Source: Cyanophora paradoxa CCMP329
Taxonomy: Eukaryota > Plantae > Glaucophyta
Length of the DNA: 64,000 bases
Assembly: GCA_004431415.1 (NCBI GenBank)
Contig: QPMI01000545.1
Span: 186,001 to 250,000, forward strand
Direction: 5' to 3'
Shown here: one piece after another, positions 23,688-35,618 of the stretch
Layout: each line of letters starts with the position of its first letter
Position numbering within the stretch: the first letter of the stretch is position 1
Notes under the pieces: model-generated
The model's input: the letters and a program-made list of their open reading frames with translations, nothing else
Told to the model about the DNA's origin: nothing
Databases searched by the model: none
Program-made: the position numbers and the translations under genes

Positions 23688-23964
23688 CACGTATACTGAT
23701 ATCGCGCGAGCTAGCCGCCGATCATGAGCTGCTGGGCAATGCATGCGCATATGTCGAATTGGTAATTGCTGAATATAATGCCGACCCATCAATGCTTTCT
23801 TAAGCTTCCTAGCTCTTCAAGTTCAATAAGAATTTATATGATGCGCTCGCCAAGCATGCGCAGGGCCGAACGCCCGCAGCAGCCCGTAAGCTTCTACCCA
23901 AACCCGTTCGCGCTGTCCATAATTACGATCACGGGCCTTGCATATGGCCACCAAGGGCTCGAGC

Positions 23965-26900
23965 TCAGTCCTCGCGGCGGGCCGAGGCGGCGGTCCGCGC
24001 CTCCTCGAGGGCGCGCACCAGCTGCTCCTTCCGCACCGGCCTGCGCGTGCACGGAACAGCGTGAGCGGGGCGGGGCCCGCAGCTGCGGCGGCAGCGTTCG
24101 CGGGGCGGCACTTGACGAGGCAGGCGTCCATGCCGGCCTCCGCGCAGCGCCCCACGTTCTCCGCCATCGCGTTCGCCGTCTGCCACGCAGTCAGAGGGGC
24201 GGCGGGGCGGGGCGGAGAGCAGCCTAGGGCATAGAAAGGAAGGCCCAGAAGGGGAGGGGGGGAAGGCACCAGGGCGACGATGCGCGAGGGCGGGCCGCCC
24301 GTGCGCCCCGCCGCCTCCTGCAGCCGCGCACGCGCGTCAGCGGGAAAGAAGAGGAGGGGGCGAGGGGCGGGGGCGCGCGAGGCGGCGGATCTCGCGCGTG
24401 GCCTCCAGGCCGTCCATCACCGGCATCTGGGCGGGCTCAGAGGGGCGGGGCGGGGCGGGGCGGTGGGATAGAGACGCGGGTCCCACCTCGACGTCCATGA
24501 GGATGAGGGGGAAGGGCGCGAGGCCGGCCGCCGCCCGCCCCTCCACCGCCTCCACCGCCTGCGAGGCGCCCGAGCGCGATCAGCGTCGGCGGAACTCAGT
24601 GGCCGAGGGACGCGCCTCGCGGCCGTGGACGGCGGCCTGGGAAGCCACGCCGGCCTTGCCCAGCAGCGAGGCGACCACCTTCCGGCTGCGCGCCCCGGCC
24701 GACCCGCGCTCAGAAGAAGGAGCGAGCGCCCGAGCTCGAGCAGCGCTAGCGCCCGGCCGCACTTGAGGTCCACGTCGTCCACGACCAGCACGTCCGGCGG
24801 GGCGCCCGGGGCCGCCGGCGGCGGCCGCGGGGGCCCGCTCGCGCGGCTCGCCCCTGCTTGCTCGCAGGCGCAGCCGGGCCGTCCGCCGGCGGCGCCGGCG
24901 CTGTCGGGCCGTTCGCCGGTGCCGCCGGGCCGTCCGCCGGCGGCGCCTGCGCCTCGGGAGCTCCGCGGTCTCGGGCGCCCATCGGGCCGTCCGGGACGGG
25001 GCGGGCTCTTCGCGGCCGGCCCTCGGAGGCCCCGCAGGCCCCGCCGCCTCCGCTGCAGCCGCAGCGGCCGGCGCGGCCGCTTCCGCCGCCGCTCCGGACA
25101 CCGGCACTTCGGAGGGCGCCTCAGGCGGGGGGCCGGGCGCCTCCGCCGCAGGCGCCGCCGCTTCTCGGGCCGGGACCGGTTCCGCAGCCGCCTGTGCCCC
25201 AGCATCGCCGGCCGTTCCGACGGGGGACGGGGCGGTCGGCTGCGGGGCGGCTTCCCCCGCTCCCCGCTCCTCCGGAACCGGAGCCGCCGCCCCGGGAGGT
25301 GGGGCTGGTGGAGCCGGCGAGGCCGCGCAGGCGCGGGCGGGATCCATCGGGGACGGTGCCGGCGGCGACGGCAGAGGCTGCGGCTGCGGCTGCGGCTGGG
25401 GCTCGGGGGGCGGCGAAGTGCTCGGGGGCGCTGCTGCGGCCGCCTCGGCCGCCGAGGGCTCGGGCGAAGCTGCGGGCGCTGGCTCGCCCCGCGCGACGGC
25501 GCCGGCGGCACCTGAGCAGCGCAGTGAGCACGCGGCGGGGCTAGAGGGGGGCGACTTCAGTAAAGGTTCTCTTTAGGTTTTATCATAAAAGAAACCAAGA
25601 CCCGGAAAAATTGAAGCGGCTCGCCTGGGAGCGGAGGCGGTGGACGGCGGCGGCGAGGACGGCGGCGAGGCGGCGGAGGCGGACGGGCTTGCGGAGGGTC
25701 AGGGGCCCGCACGCGCGCGCCGCGCGGCGGGCGCGCGCCGCCAGCGGCGAGGAGGCCGGGACGGGCTCCTGGAGCCGCACGCAGCAGACGGCCCCGGGGT
25801 GCGGGTGCGGGCGCGGCTCGCCGTGCACGTCGGCGGCGGCGTCTGCGCCCGCAGGGTCCTGCAGGACGACGGCGGGTCCGCTGGCTCCGGCGGGGGTGCC
25901 CCGTCGAAGACGAGGCCCGGGGGCCACCCCAGCGACTCGGCGTAGGCCCGCAGGATGCCGGCCACCTGCCCCCGGAGCTCAGGGGCGCCTCCCCTCGAGT
26001 TCTCTCGGAGGGCGGACCTCGGGGTCGGCGACGTGGATGTAGAGGCGGGGCAGGGGCCCCGGGAGGGGCGCCGGGGCGGGGCCGCAGGGCGAGGCGCGCC
26101 CCTCGCGGAAGAGCCGCGGGGAGCCCGAGCCGCCCTCGCGATCGGAGCCCGCGGACCGCTCGGCGGCCTCCGGATCCGCGGACGGACCCTCGGGCGGCTC
26201 GAGCGAGGCGGAGGCGGAGGCGGCGGCGGCGGCGTCCGCGCCCTCCGCGGGCGCCTCCTCGAGCGTCAGCTCCGCGTAGAAGACGCTGCGGAGAGGCGGC
26301 GGTGGTGGTTCAGAGTGAGGGCTCAGAACGGAAAGCGGAGGCGCGCGGGCGCGCCTGCCCTTGCCGAGCTCGGAGTGGGCGCCGACGGTGCCGCCCATGG
26401 CCTCCGCCAGGCGCTTCGCGAGGGCGAGGCCCATCCCCGTGCCCCCGAAGCGCCTGCAATGCAAGGCGCGTGAGCGAGACAGGGCCGGGCGGCCTTCCCT
26501 CGGCCTCGCTCGCGCCTGGTGATGCTCTGGTCGGCCTGCACGTAGTCCGCGAAGATCCGCTCCAGGCCCTCCCTGCCAAACAGCGGTGGTGTTGTTGGAG
26601 GCTTGAAATTCGCAAGCTTTAAGCGAGGGCGGACGGGGGGATGCCGTGGCCCGTGTCGGCGGCCTCGAGGCGGAGGGTGGCGCGGCGGCCCTCGCGCCGC
26701 ACCACCCGCGCCGAGACCACCACCCGCCCCTCGTGCGTGAACTGACCCCGCCGTCGCGATTGCGAGGTCAGCGAGCGAGCGAGCCGAACCGGAACCTAGT
26801 TCTAGGCCGTCTGGGCTGGCGTCTGGCCCGAGATCTATCACGCCCCTCGTATGAAATCTAGACGCCTAAACTCGAAAGAAACCGACGAGGCTCGGGGCCG

Positions 26901-29900
26901 GGGCGGCGGGCCTTGACGGCGTTCTGGGCGAAGTTGGTGAGGATCTGCTTGAGGCGGAAGGGGTCCCCCACCAGCACCTCCGGCGCCCCCGGCTGTGCAT
27001 CGGCTCGGGCTCAGAGGGGGGAGGGCGGCGCGGGCGAGGCTGGGCCTCGAGGGCGGCGCACGGGAACGAAGGAGGCGACCTCGACGCCCTTCGCGAAGGC
27101 GCTCGGCGCCACCGCCTGCCCCCCCCGCAGTCAGCGGCGGCGGCGGGGGACCGAAGCCGGCGCTAGGCTATTGGGGGTGCCGGCTCTCTCTCTCGGTCGC
27201 GTCGGAGGCGGAGGGGGCCGCGGGGCGTCAAGGCCAATGTACGCGGCGCGCTAGCTCCTACTGCTTGATGTACGCGCGCTCCTACTCCCGCTGCTTGTAA
27301 AGCGGTACCCCCCGTGTCCTCTGGGGCGGGGCGGGGCGGCGGGGCGGGGCGCGCCTCGACGACCTCCTCGATGGCGGAGCGGAGGCAGAAGGGGACGCCC
27401 TCCAGCACCAGCTTCCCCGCCTGCCGGCGCGCCCGGCGCCGTCAGAAAATCCGGCGTGGGAGACTGAAGCGCTCCACCGAGGTCGCGAGCACCTCCATCT
27501 TGTGCAGCTGGATGCGGCGGTGAATTGGAGCGGGCGGCGGGCGGCGGGGCGGGGGCGGGGGCGAAGGCGCGCGCACGTCGAGGAGGTCGTTGACGATGAT
27601 CAGCATCTGCGCGGGCGGGTGCGGGGGCGGTTAGAACGTGCGAGCGAGGGCCAACGAGAACAGCGGCTTAAACTTGTCCATGTATGTATGCGCGGGCGCG
27701 GCCTGGGCTCGCGGAGCCGGGGCGGACCTGCTCGCCGGCGGTGCGGAGGCTGTGGAGGAGGTCCCGCTGCTCGGCGTCCAGCCCGGACTCCTCCAGCAGC
27801 TCCGTCATCCCCAGCAGCCCTGAGGGGCGCCGTCGGGGCGGGAGCGGGCGTGGGGAGCTGCCGGGCGGCACCGTTCAGGGGCGTGCGGAGCTCGTGGATG
27901 GTGTATGCGAGGAAGCGGGTCCGCGTCTGCACGCGGGGCTCAGAAAGAGGATTAAAAAAGCGCTGGGAGCGGCGCGCGCGCGCGCGCCTCGTTGACGGCC
28001 TCGGCCTCGATGCGCCGCCGCTTCTCCGTGATGTCCTGAAGCGGGATGGAGAATGAGGCGGGGGCGGGGCGGGGGCGGGCGGAGCTCAGGAGGGCACGCT
28101 TGCTTATAGACATCCTTTTAGAAATATAGATGGCCCAGAAGCGGAGGGCGATCGACTTCCTTCTAGCTACTTGAATCAGCGCGTGCTCGCCTGGCCGACG
28201 AGCATGGAGCCGGAGATCTCGCCGGAGGGACCCCGCCGCGCCGTCGCCGAGAGCAGCAGCCGCAGCCGCCGGTCTGGCGCCGCCTTCAGGCCCGCCCCCG
28301 CCCCCGCCCCCGCCCCCGCCCCCGCCCCCACCGACCGCCGCGGCGCGTCCATCGTCAGCGTCACCTGCCGCCCGCCGCCTTCAGCACCCAAACAAAGTCC
28401 GAAGGAAACGAGGCAGGCCGAGGAAGGAAACGACCTCGCAGGGCTCCGGGGGCAGGCCGAAGGAGCAGAAGCCGTCCTCGCGGGCCCCTCCCGTGGCCTG
28501 CGCGGACCCCGGCGGCCCCGCCGCCGTCGCCTGTGAGGCGTGAAATCCCGAACCCGCTGCGGGGGCCGCCCGGGCGCGGGGCTGGGCCTTGATCTATAAA
28601 GACGAGCCACATAAGAAAGCTATTTCAAAGCTGCAGATCTTGCACACGGGCCGGATTAAGAAGAAACATAAGCCTTAGGGCGCGCTTGGAAGAATAATAA
28701 CAATAAGAGGCTAGAGCAGAAAGTTGCTTTAGGGCTCCTATGCAGCCGCGGGGGGGCGGGCCTGGGCGACGAGCTCGCGGAGGGCCTCCCGGTCCTCCTC
28801 GATGACCAGCTCCAGGAAGTTCCGCCCCAGCACCGAGCTCTGCGCGCCGCGAAGCGTTGGAGGAGGAGGAGGAGGGCGGGGCGGGGGTGCGGGCCTCGGT
28901 GGCGCCGGTGAGGCGGGCGGCGGCGCGGTTCCAGCGGGCGACGCGGAGGCGACGGTCGAGGGCGATGAAGGGGCACGCGGCGGCGTCGACGAGGCGCTGC
29001 AGCTCCTCCCCCGCCACCCGCGCCCGCCGCTCCCCCTCCGCCACCGCCGCCTCCATCGCCTGCGCGCGCGCGCGGGGGGGCGGGCTTCAGCCTGCTCTTA
29101 GAGCAAATGAACTTCGTTCGCCTCGCGGACCTTGCGCTGGGATATGTCGCGGACGATGAGGACCTGCAGGCCCGGGCCCTCCCCGGCGCCCTCCCCCGCG
29201 CCGGCGCCCGAGGGCATGCGGCCCGTCGAGATGTCCACGCAGAAGCGCTCGGGGGGCGCTCCGGGGGCCGGCCGCGTCAGCGCCCCGCACTCCAGCGTCG
29301 CCCCCTCCGAGCGCGGGTCCGAGAGGAAGGCGGCGAGGGCCGCCCGGTCCTGCGCTCCCGGCCGGCTGAGCTTCGGGGGGGCGCGAGGGCGGGGCGGGGC
29401 GGGCTCGCCTCTGGGGCGAAGAAGGAGAGGACGGGCGGGCGTGCGGCCAGCTCCGCGTCGGCGTCGGCCCGCGGCCCGAGCGGCGAGGGCGGGTAGAACA
29501 TGGCGCGCGCTGCGGGCCGGTGAGCAGTCCGGGCGGATAACTTAGCGATGCCTTCGGCGGGTCGGACCGGCGGCGTTGGCGTGAGCGACGGCGCCCCCGG
29601 GGAGGGGCGTGACGACGAGGAGCGCGTCGGAGATGGTCGAGGTGACCGCGACGGCCTGCCGCGCCTTCGCCAGGGCGTCCCCCACCTGCCCGGGCCGGCC
29701 GGGCTCGGCGGAGGCGCCTCGGCGCTCGCTCGCGAGGGCTCGGCTCGCGCACGCGGTCCAGCTCCGAGATGACCGAGTAGTGGTCGTGGGGGCGCACGGG
29801 GCGGCCGTCACGCCGGAGAGTCGGCGGGCGCGCCACGAGCGGAGCCTCGGACGGCGCCCCGGCCGCCGGGTGCGGGCGCGGGCGCGGGCGCCACCCGCTG

Positions 29901-32900
29901 CTGCTGCGGGTGCTCCGGGCCGTGGACGACGATGTGGTGGAGGGCGACGGGGCCCGCGGAGGCCGCCGCGAGTGGCACGGCCGGGCCGGCGGGAACGACG
30001 CCCACTGCGAAGGGCGAGGGGGCCTGCAGGGGCGCGAAGGGTACGGAAAAGCGCGAGGATGCAGCCGCGGGCGGCGCGAAGACCCCGGGAGGAGGAGGGG
30101 CGGGCGGGGCGGCGTGCCGGGGATCCGGGGGCGAGGAGGCGTGGAGGAGGGAGGCGCCGACGGCGGGGCCCGGGCGGAAGACGGGGCGCGAGGTGCGCCG
30201 CAGGGGCGCCGCGGCCGCGGGGGAGCCACGGCAACGCCGTCGACGCCGTCTGCAGACGCCAGCGCTCCCTCCGATGCCGCCTCCATCGAATCCGACGGGC
30301 CGGACGCCGGCTCCAGCGCCGGCGCCGGCAAGGGCCCCGGGGGCGGCGGCAGAGGGCCCGTGGCCGCGGCGAGCGGGGGCGGGGGCGGGAGGTCCGGTCG
30401 CGGCGGGGGCGGGGACTTGGCGGTGTGGTCGGGGTCCAGGCAGAAGTACGAGAGCGCCGAGAGGTCCTTCTCAAAGCGGCCCATCACGCGCCGAACCTGC
30501 GGCGGCGGCGCTGAGTAGAGGGGCGGGCGGGCGGGCGGATCGAGCAGGCGCCTCGAAGATGACGAAGAGGCCTAGCACGAGGACCGTGAAGCCTGCCACC
30601 GAGGAGACGACGATCACGACGATCTGCAGGTGGTCCAGCTTCCCGTACAGGTCTGCCAGACCATCCGCATCAGCGCGCTGACAATGATAGGGAGGCAGAA
30701 GGGAACGGCGGGGACCGTTTTTGGGAATGGCGACGCCAAACGCGAGGTGAAGGGTCCGGTTCCGAGAGTCGCCGGGCTGGCCGATCAGCTTCCGCCAGCG
30801 CCCCGCGTAGTCGACGCCGCGGACGGAGAAGCGCATCGCTGCAGCGCCCATGAATATCGAGTGAAACGAAGCTTTGAGATGAAGCGAACAGCTGCAGCGG
30901 GTGATCGGAGCGGCGCACGCTGCATGAACGGGGTGTCTGCGGTGTGCTGGGTTACGTTGGGGTTGCCGTCTACGCTCGTGTACATGAACGACTCGAATTT
31001 GCTAAGGTCCTCCGGAAGGGATTCCATGAAGGCCTGAGAGGCGAATCGAATTCGCGGGGGGACGCGTTGCCGCGTGCGCCCCTCGCACCTTCAGCTCGGG
31101 GTCCGCGATTTGATCCGTCGGCACAAACTCCACGGAACTTACGCTCCCTGGCGGGGAGTGCCGCAAGACAGCGCTGTTGTTCTGCGCGAGGGACCGAAAC
31201 CGCCGCGTGGGCGGGCGCCTTGTTTCTGGGATGGAGGCGGTGCGGACCCGAGTGTACGCGACGGGGCGGAAGACGCCGCGCTCGTCGTTCGCTACGACCA
31301 CAGCGAAGCCTGCTCATGATCAGACCTTCAGCGGGCCGGCGCGTTCGCTGCCCGACGAGACGAGGACAAGCTTGATGAGAGATCTAGGGAACGGACCGTC
31401 CTCGGGAATGTGCAAGTTCTCTACGTAGGAGTGCAGCCCGGGGAGGGAGATGACGAGCTGCGCGGTCCGATAATGATCAACTAGACTCGAATTCTAGGCA
31501 TCGATCGCGAGGCCCCCGGGCGAACCACTCCGCGGGCCTCGCTCTCGTTCCCCGCAGCCGCGCCAGGCGGCGGCGGCCGCGTCGAGGGGGGCACGACGGC
31601 GGGCGGGATGACGTCGCCGAGGAGGCCGGGCAGGCTCAGGTTGGCTACCGCCGACTTCGCGAAGAGCGGCGTGCTGTACGGGAACGTCGACGACGCCACC
31701 TCGGCGTCGAACTGCGGGGCGGCAGGTCAGGCCGCATCCGCGATAATTTAAGAGGAGAGCTGTAGAAAAAGGCCGAACCGGAAAAACCGGCGTCCAGGAC
31801 TGCGAAACGTGTGCATGCCGCCGACATCAGAGCGTCCAAAATTTTGCGGGCGCGCGCAGTCTGCTGTAGAAACCATAGGCGTACCGGCCCTCCTGACAGA
31901 ATCGGATCGTAGATCTGCGGCCGTTTCCTGCGCGGCAGGAAATGAGCCGCCCGGGGGCGCCAAAGCCACTATTCACCTCTAGGCTTCACCTGAGATCCAC
32001 GGTGTTGTTTCGGATGACGTGGTAAGTGACGATGCGTCCCGCGCGGTCTATATAGGAGCTGTACGAGTCCGTCACCTGAGATTCAAAGTGTAAGCCGGAT
32101 TACGCGAGGCCAGGCAGCAGAGCAACGGAGGGGATTCGCGCCTGCATATCCGGCGGATACGACGTATTCCTGCGCCATTCCAATAGCGAAATGGGGTACG
32201 AAGCATCCGGAAATCGCTGCGCCGCGTTCGGTATTCAATGAGGACATTCTTCAGAGAGCGCGGACCTGCATCCAGAGGGGGTCCAGCTCTCTTTGGATGA
32301 CCGCCGCTTCGCGGTTAGGGAGGCTTAGCTGCGTGGAGGGCAGGCGATCAGCGGGGCATTCTCCCCGGGCCCGATCGCGAGGCCCAATATTAATTGCAAG
32401 CTTGAGCCCAAGCGTTGCGCACCGCTATGAACTGTGTTGCGCCCCCGAGCCCTCCCGCGGCTGTATCGAGGAGGATCTTGAGGACTTCGGGGAAGTCGCT
32501 CGAGTTGTACGGCCTGCGCGCGCGGGCCCGTCGGTAGAATAGGGCATACGGGACAGATGGGAAGCTCGAGATCGGAGGAGGGTGAACGCGAACCGGTCGC
32601 CGAGTCTCTGAGTGACGCGAGCCGCGAGGCGCGTGGACATGCGCATAGTGTTCCGCCGGAGCATGGACATCGTCTGGAGAAGCGCAGTGGTCATGCCCGT
32701 AGTGATCATGATCATGAGCACGATGCGAGGAATTTCGAATTCGAAGGCGTGAGCGCGGCGAAAGGTCCAGTTCTAGAGGCGCAGAACCACGCGGCACAAG
32801 AGGCGCAGTTCTATAGCTATACCCGCGGCGTGCGCGTGGCGGCCGCGGGGGCGGATCCGGACCTGGTCTGCCCGTTCGCCGATTTGCTGGACGCGGCCGC

Positions 32901-33450
32901 GGAAAGAATGAGCGCCATGTCACGATCATGATCAGAGCGGTGCGCAAGCACCTCGAGGAACAAGAAGGAGAGTCGATCCGTTGTCTGCCGAGCGAGCACC
33001 GCCGAAACCACCCCGATTGTCTGCGCGAGAGACAATTTCGGAAGATCTAGAGCTCATGGACGGGCCCTCGCGTGCCACGTTTCAGCATTGGCCTCGGCCT
33101 CAATTCTATCTCGAGAGCGGTGCGCAGGAGGGGCGATCTAGCATTCAAAGGATTCGAATGACGCCGGGCCGGGCTCGAGCGCGCTGCAGGCGAAAGGCGC
33201 ATGGGCGGAAGGCGCACGACAACGCCAAATACAACGACGATTATGAGCATCGGAAAGATCGCCCGCCCGAGCCTGCGCCCATCGTTAGCGGCGCGAACTC
33301 ATCCGAACGGCAAAGCGCGCGCGAACGACGGCAGCGCGAGGCTACGTACCCGATGTGGAACGCTTTCTTCGCCATGACGCTCGCGCTGCTCGCATCACGC
33401 GCTGCGAACCCAACCCCAGCTGCAGCGCCGATCGTGACCTCTACCCCCGG
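23965..33450 (-). CDS. Membrane-bound hybrid sensor histidine kinase: TM-extracellular domain-TM, HAMP-like, PAS x2, HisKA, HATPase, receiver; multi-exon
   Basis: H-box FLAYTIHELRTPLNGLLGM; N-box GDPFRLKQILTNFAQNAVK; G1 ADTGHGI; F/G2 IFADYVQADQSITRRFGGTGMGLAL; receiver VLVVDDVDLNRKV, LILMDVEMPVMDGLEAT, TANAM, GMDACLVKPV; PAS FIALDRRLRVARWNRAAARLTG; TM IVVIVVSSVAGFTVLVLGLFVIF. The 5' limit is approximate and assignment of exons at 31-33.4 kb is less certain. Confidence 0.88.
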
Positions 33451-33663
33451 GCCCGGCCGCGGCCAGCACTGCGCCCGCGCCCGCGCCCGCGATCTGATGC
33501 GCGTAGAATGAATTCGAATCAAGTGATTGCATCTGTACACATCGCTATCTGCTTCCGATCCGCGAGCGCTCGTCCGGCCTCAGCGCGGTATACGTATCGG
33601 TTCGACAAGACCGGCCCCTGCAGCTGTACATGCACACGCAGCTCCAGCTAGCCCTAGCCGGCG

Positions 33664-35440
33664 CTAGGAGAGCCTGAAGACCGAGCGCTCGTCAACCCTG
33701 TCGCGCGTCACCGGGTTCCGCGGCTCCCGCGAGCTCCTGCAGAGGCGCCGGCGCGTCAGCGCCGGCGCCCGGGGAGGAAGCCGCCCACGAGGGAGCGCGC
33801 GCACCGGAACCAGTCCTGCAGGGCCGAGTCCCTGAAGAGGTGCACGTGCCAGTCTGCGCCGCGCGCGCGTCAGGATCTGCTGAGGGTGGCCCGCCCTCTT
33901 GAAATGCTGTTAATCTAGGCGCCGGCCGGGGCGCGTGGGCCCGCCCTCTTCGCCCCCGCCGCGGGCACGGACCGTCCGGGGAGCGGGCGGCGGTGGCGTG
34001 GCGGGAGCCGGCGCGGGGCTGCGCCAGCGCCGCCACGTCGCCCGTCAGGCGGCCCCGCGCGTCCAGCAGCGGGTCCAGCCTGCGGGAGAGAAAGGCCGGG
34101 CCGGTCAGCTCAGAGGGAAGGAAGACGGGGCGGGGGCTCGAGGGGCGCGCGTGATGCAGCAGGTCGGGTCCTTCTCGCTGAGCGCCCGCACGAGCGCCTG
34201 CGAGGATTTCAAATTCGAATAATCGAATTTGAATTCGAATTGGGGGGCACGACGGACCGGCTTGAGGACGTCGGGGAGCGCGACCGCCTTCTCCCGATTC
34301 ATGCCGAACTGGGAGGGGTACGCGCTTTAGGGGAGGGGTAAAGAAAAGAGACGGGGGTACGCGCACCTGGGCCACGAGGAGCTCCTCAAGGGATTCCGCC
34401 TCGTCTCGGCTGACGCCGGCGGACCCGGAGGGCCCCGCCCCCGGCCGCCCTGCCGCCGCCGCGGGCGCGCGGCGGGCGGCGCGGAGGGACGGGCGCCGGC
34501 CGAGGCGGCGGCCGCCTCGCCCCACTGCCGGATCATCTCCGGCGTCGCCGGCGGCGCGCTCGGGACGGAGGCGGGGCCGGAGGAGGAGGAGGAGGGAGAG
34601 GAGGAGGAAGGGGCTGCCGGGGCCGAGGGCCTGGAGGCGGAGGCTCCCGAGCCGGACGGGCCGGGCACGGCCCACGGGGGCGGCGCGGGCCCCGCGGATC
34701 CGGCTCCGGACTCCCGCGCCTGTGCGAAGAGCATCGTAATGACGCGGCCCGCGAGGTCGGCGATGTCCTCGCCGGCGCCGCCGTTCCTGCCCGCGCCGGC
34801 GCCCGTCCGCGCGCTGGGGCCCGGCCCGCATTCCGAGCGCGCCTCCGCCGCGTTGGAGGGGAGGGTCAAAGCGAGGATGCCGCCGACGGCTCGCACAGCC
34901 GCCTCAGTGCGGCCCTCCCGCATGGCGCGCACGACCCGGCGCAGCGTCTCCGTCAGCTGCTGCCGCTGAAGGGCGTCCAGGTTCGGGTTGCGCTGCGCTA
35001 TCATGTCCCCGATGACGGTGACCCCTCTGCAAGCGCGTCAGCAAGCGCTCAAGGCGCCGACCAGCTGACTGTGTCGGCGGCGTCTGCACACATGTCGGAG
35101 AGGACGGCATTGGTGAAGAGGCTGAAGAGCCCTTTCGCCACCCACACGACAAAGGAGGCGAAGCTCATGAAGCCACGCGCTCTCCGCTCTCGCGCGGCCG
35201 CGCCCGAGCGCGGGCGACCAACTCAGCCGACCTGCACTGGGCGTCAGCAAAGAGAACCGTACGCTGATGCGTCTGCATATTTACGCGCCTCTAGGCTTCC
35301 AAAGCGCGTGCAGACGAAGCTCCGCGGGAGCTCCGCTGAGCTCGGCCCCCGCTCAGCTCAGCGCGATCTCCGCTCGATCGCCCTTGCGCTCTTGATCAAG
35401 TGGATGCGCTCTTCCTGCACGCCGCTTACGAGCCCTGTGA
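33664..35440 (-). CDS. Protein with C-terminal U-box/RING-like domain, multi-exon
   Basis: Spliced C-terminus DPTCCITLDPLL...HVHLFRDSALQDWFRSSREPRNPVTRDRV resembles the U-box pattern (CPIT...H.F....I..W...P.TR). A hydrophobic N-terminal exon reads SFVVWVAKGLFSLF. Start approximate. Confidence 0.55.
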
Positions 35441-35618
35441 TGGTTCAGCGGTCCAGTTCGCCGTACCCCCAAAGTGGCTCCAGGCTCCAGCCTTCAGCCT
35501 GTCTGCCGCGGCAGTCAACTACCGCTCCTGCTCCGTGTCAGTGGAGTTCTAATCGGCTTGGTTGTGTCGGCCGCATACGCGCGGCGCGATCCCCCGGCGC
35601 GAATTCTCGGCCGCGAGC

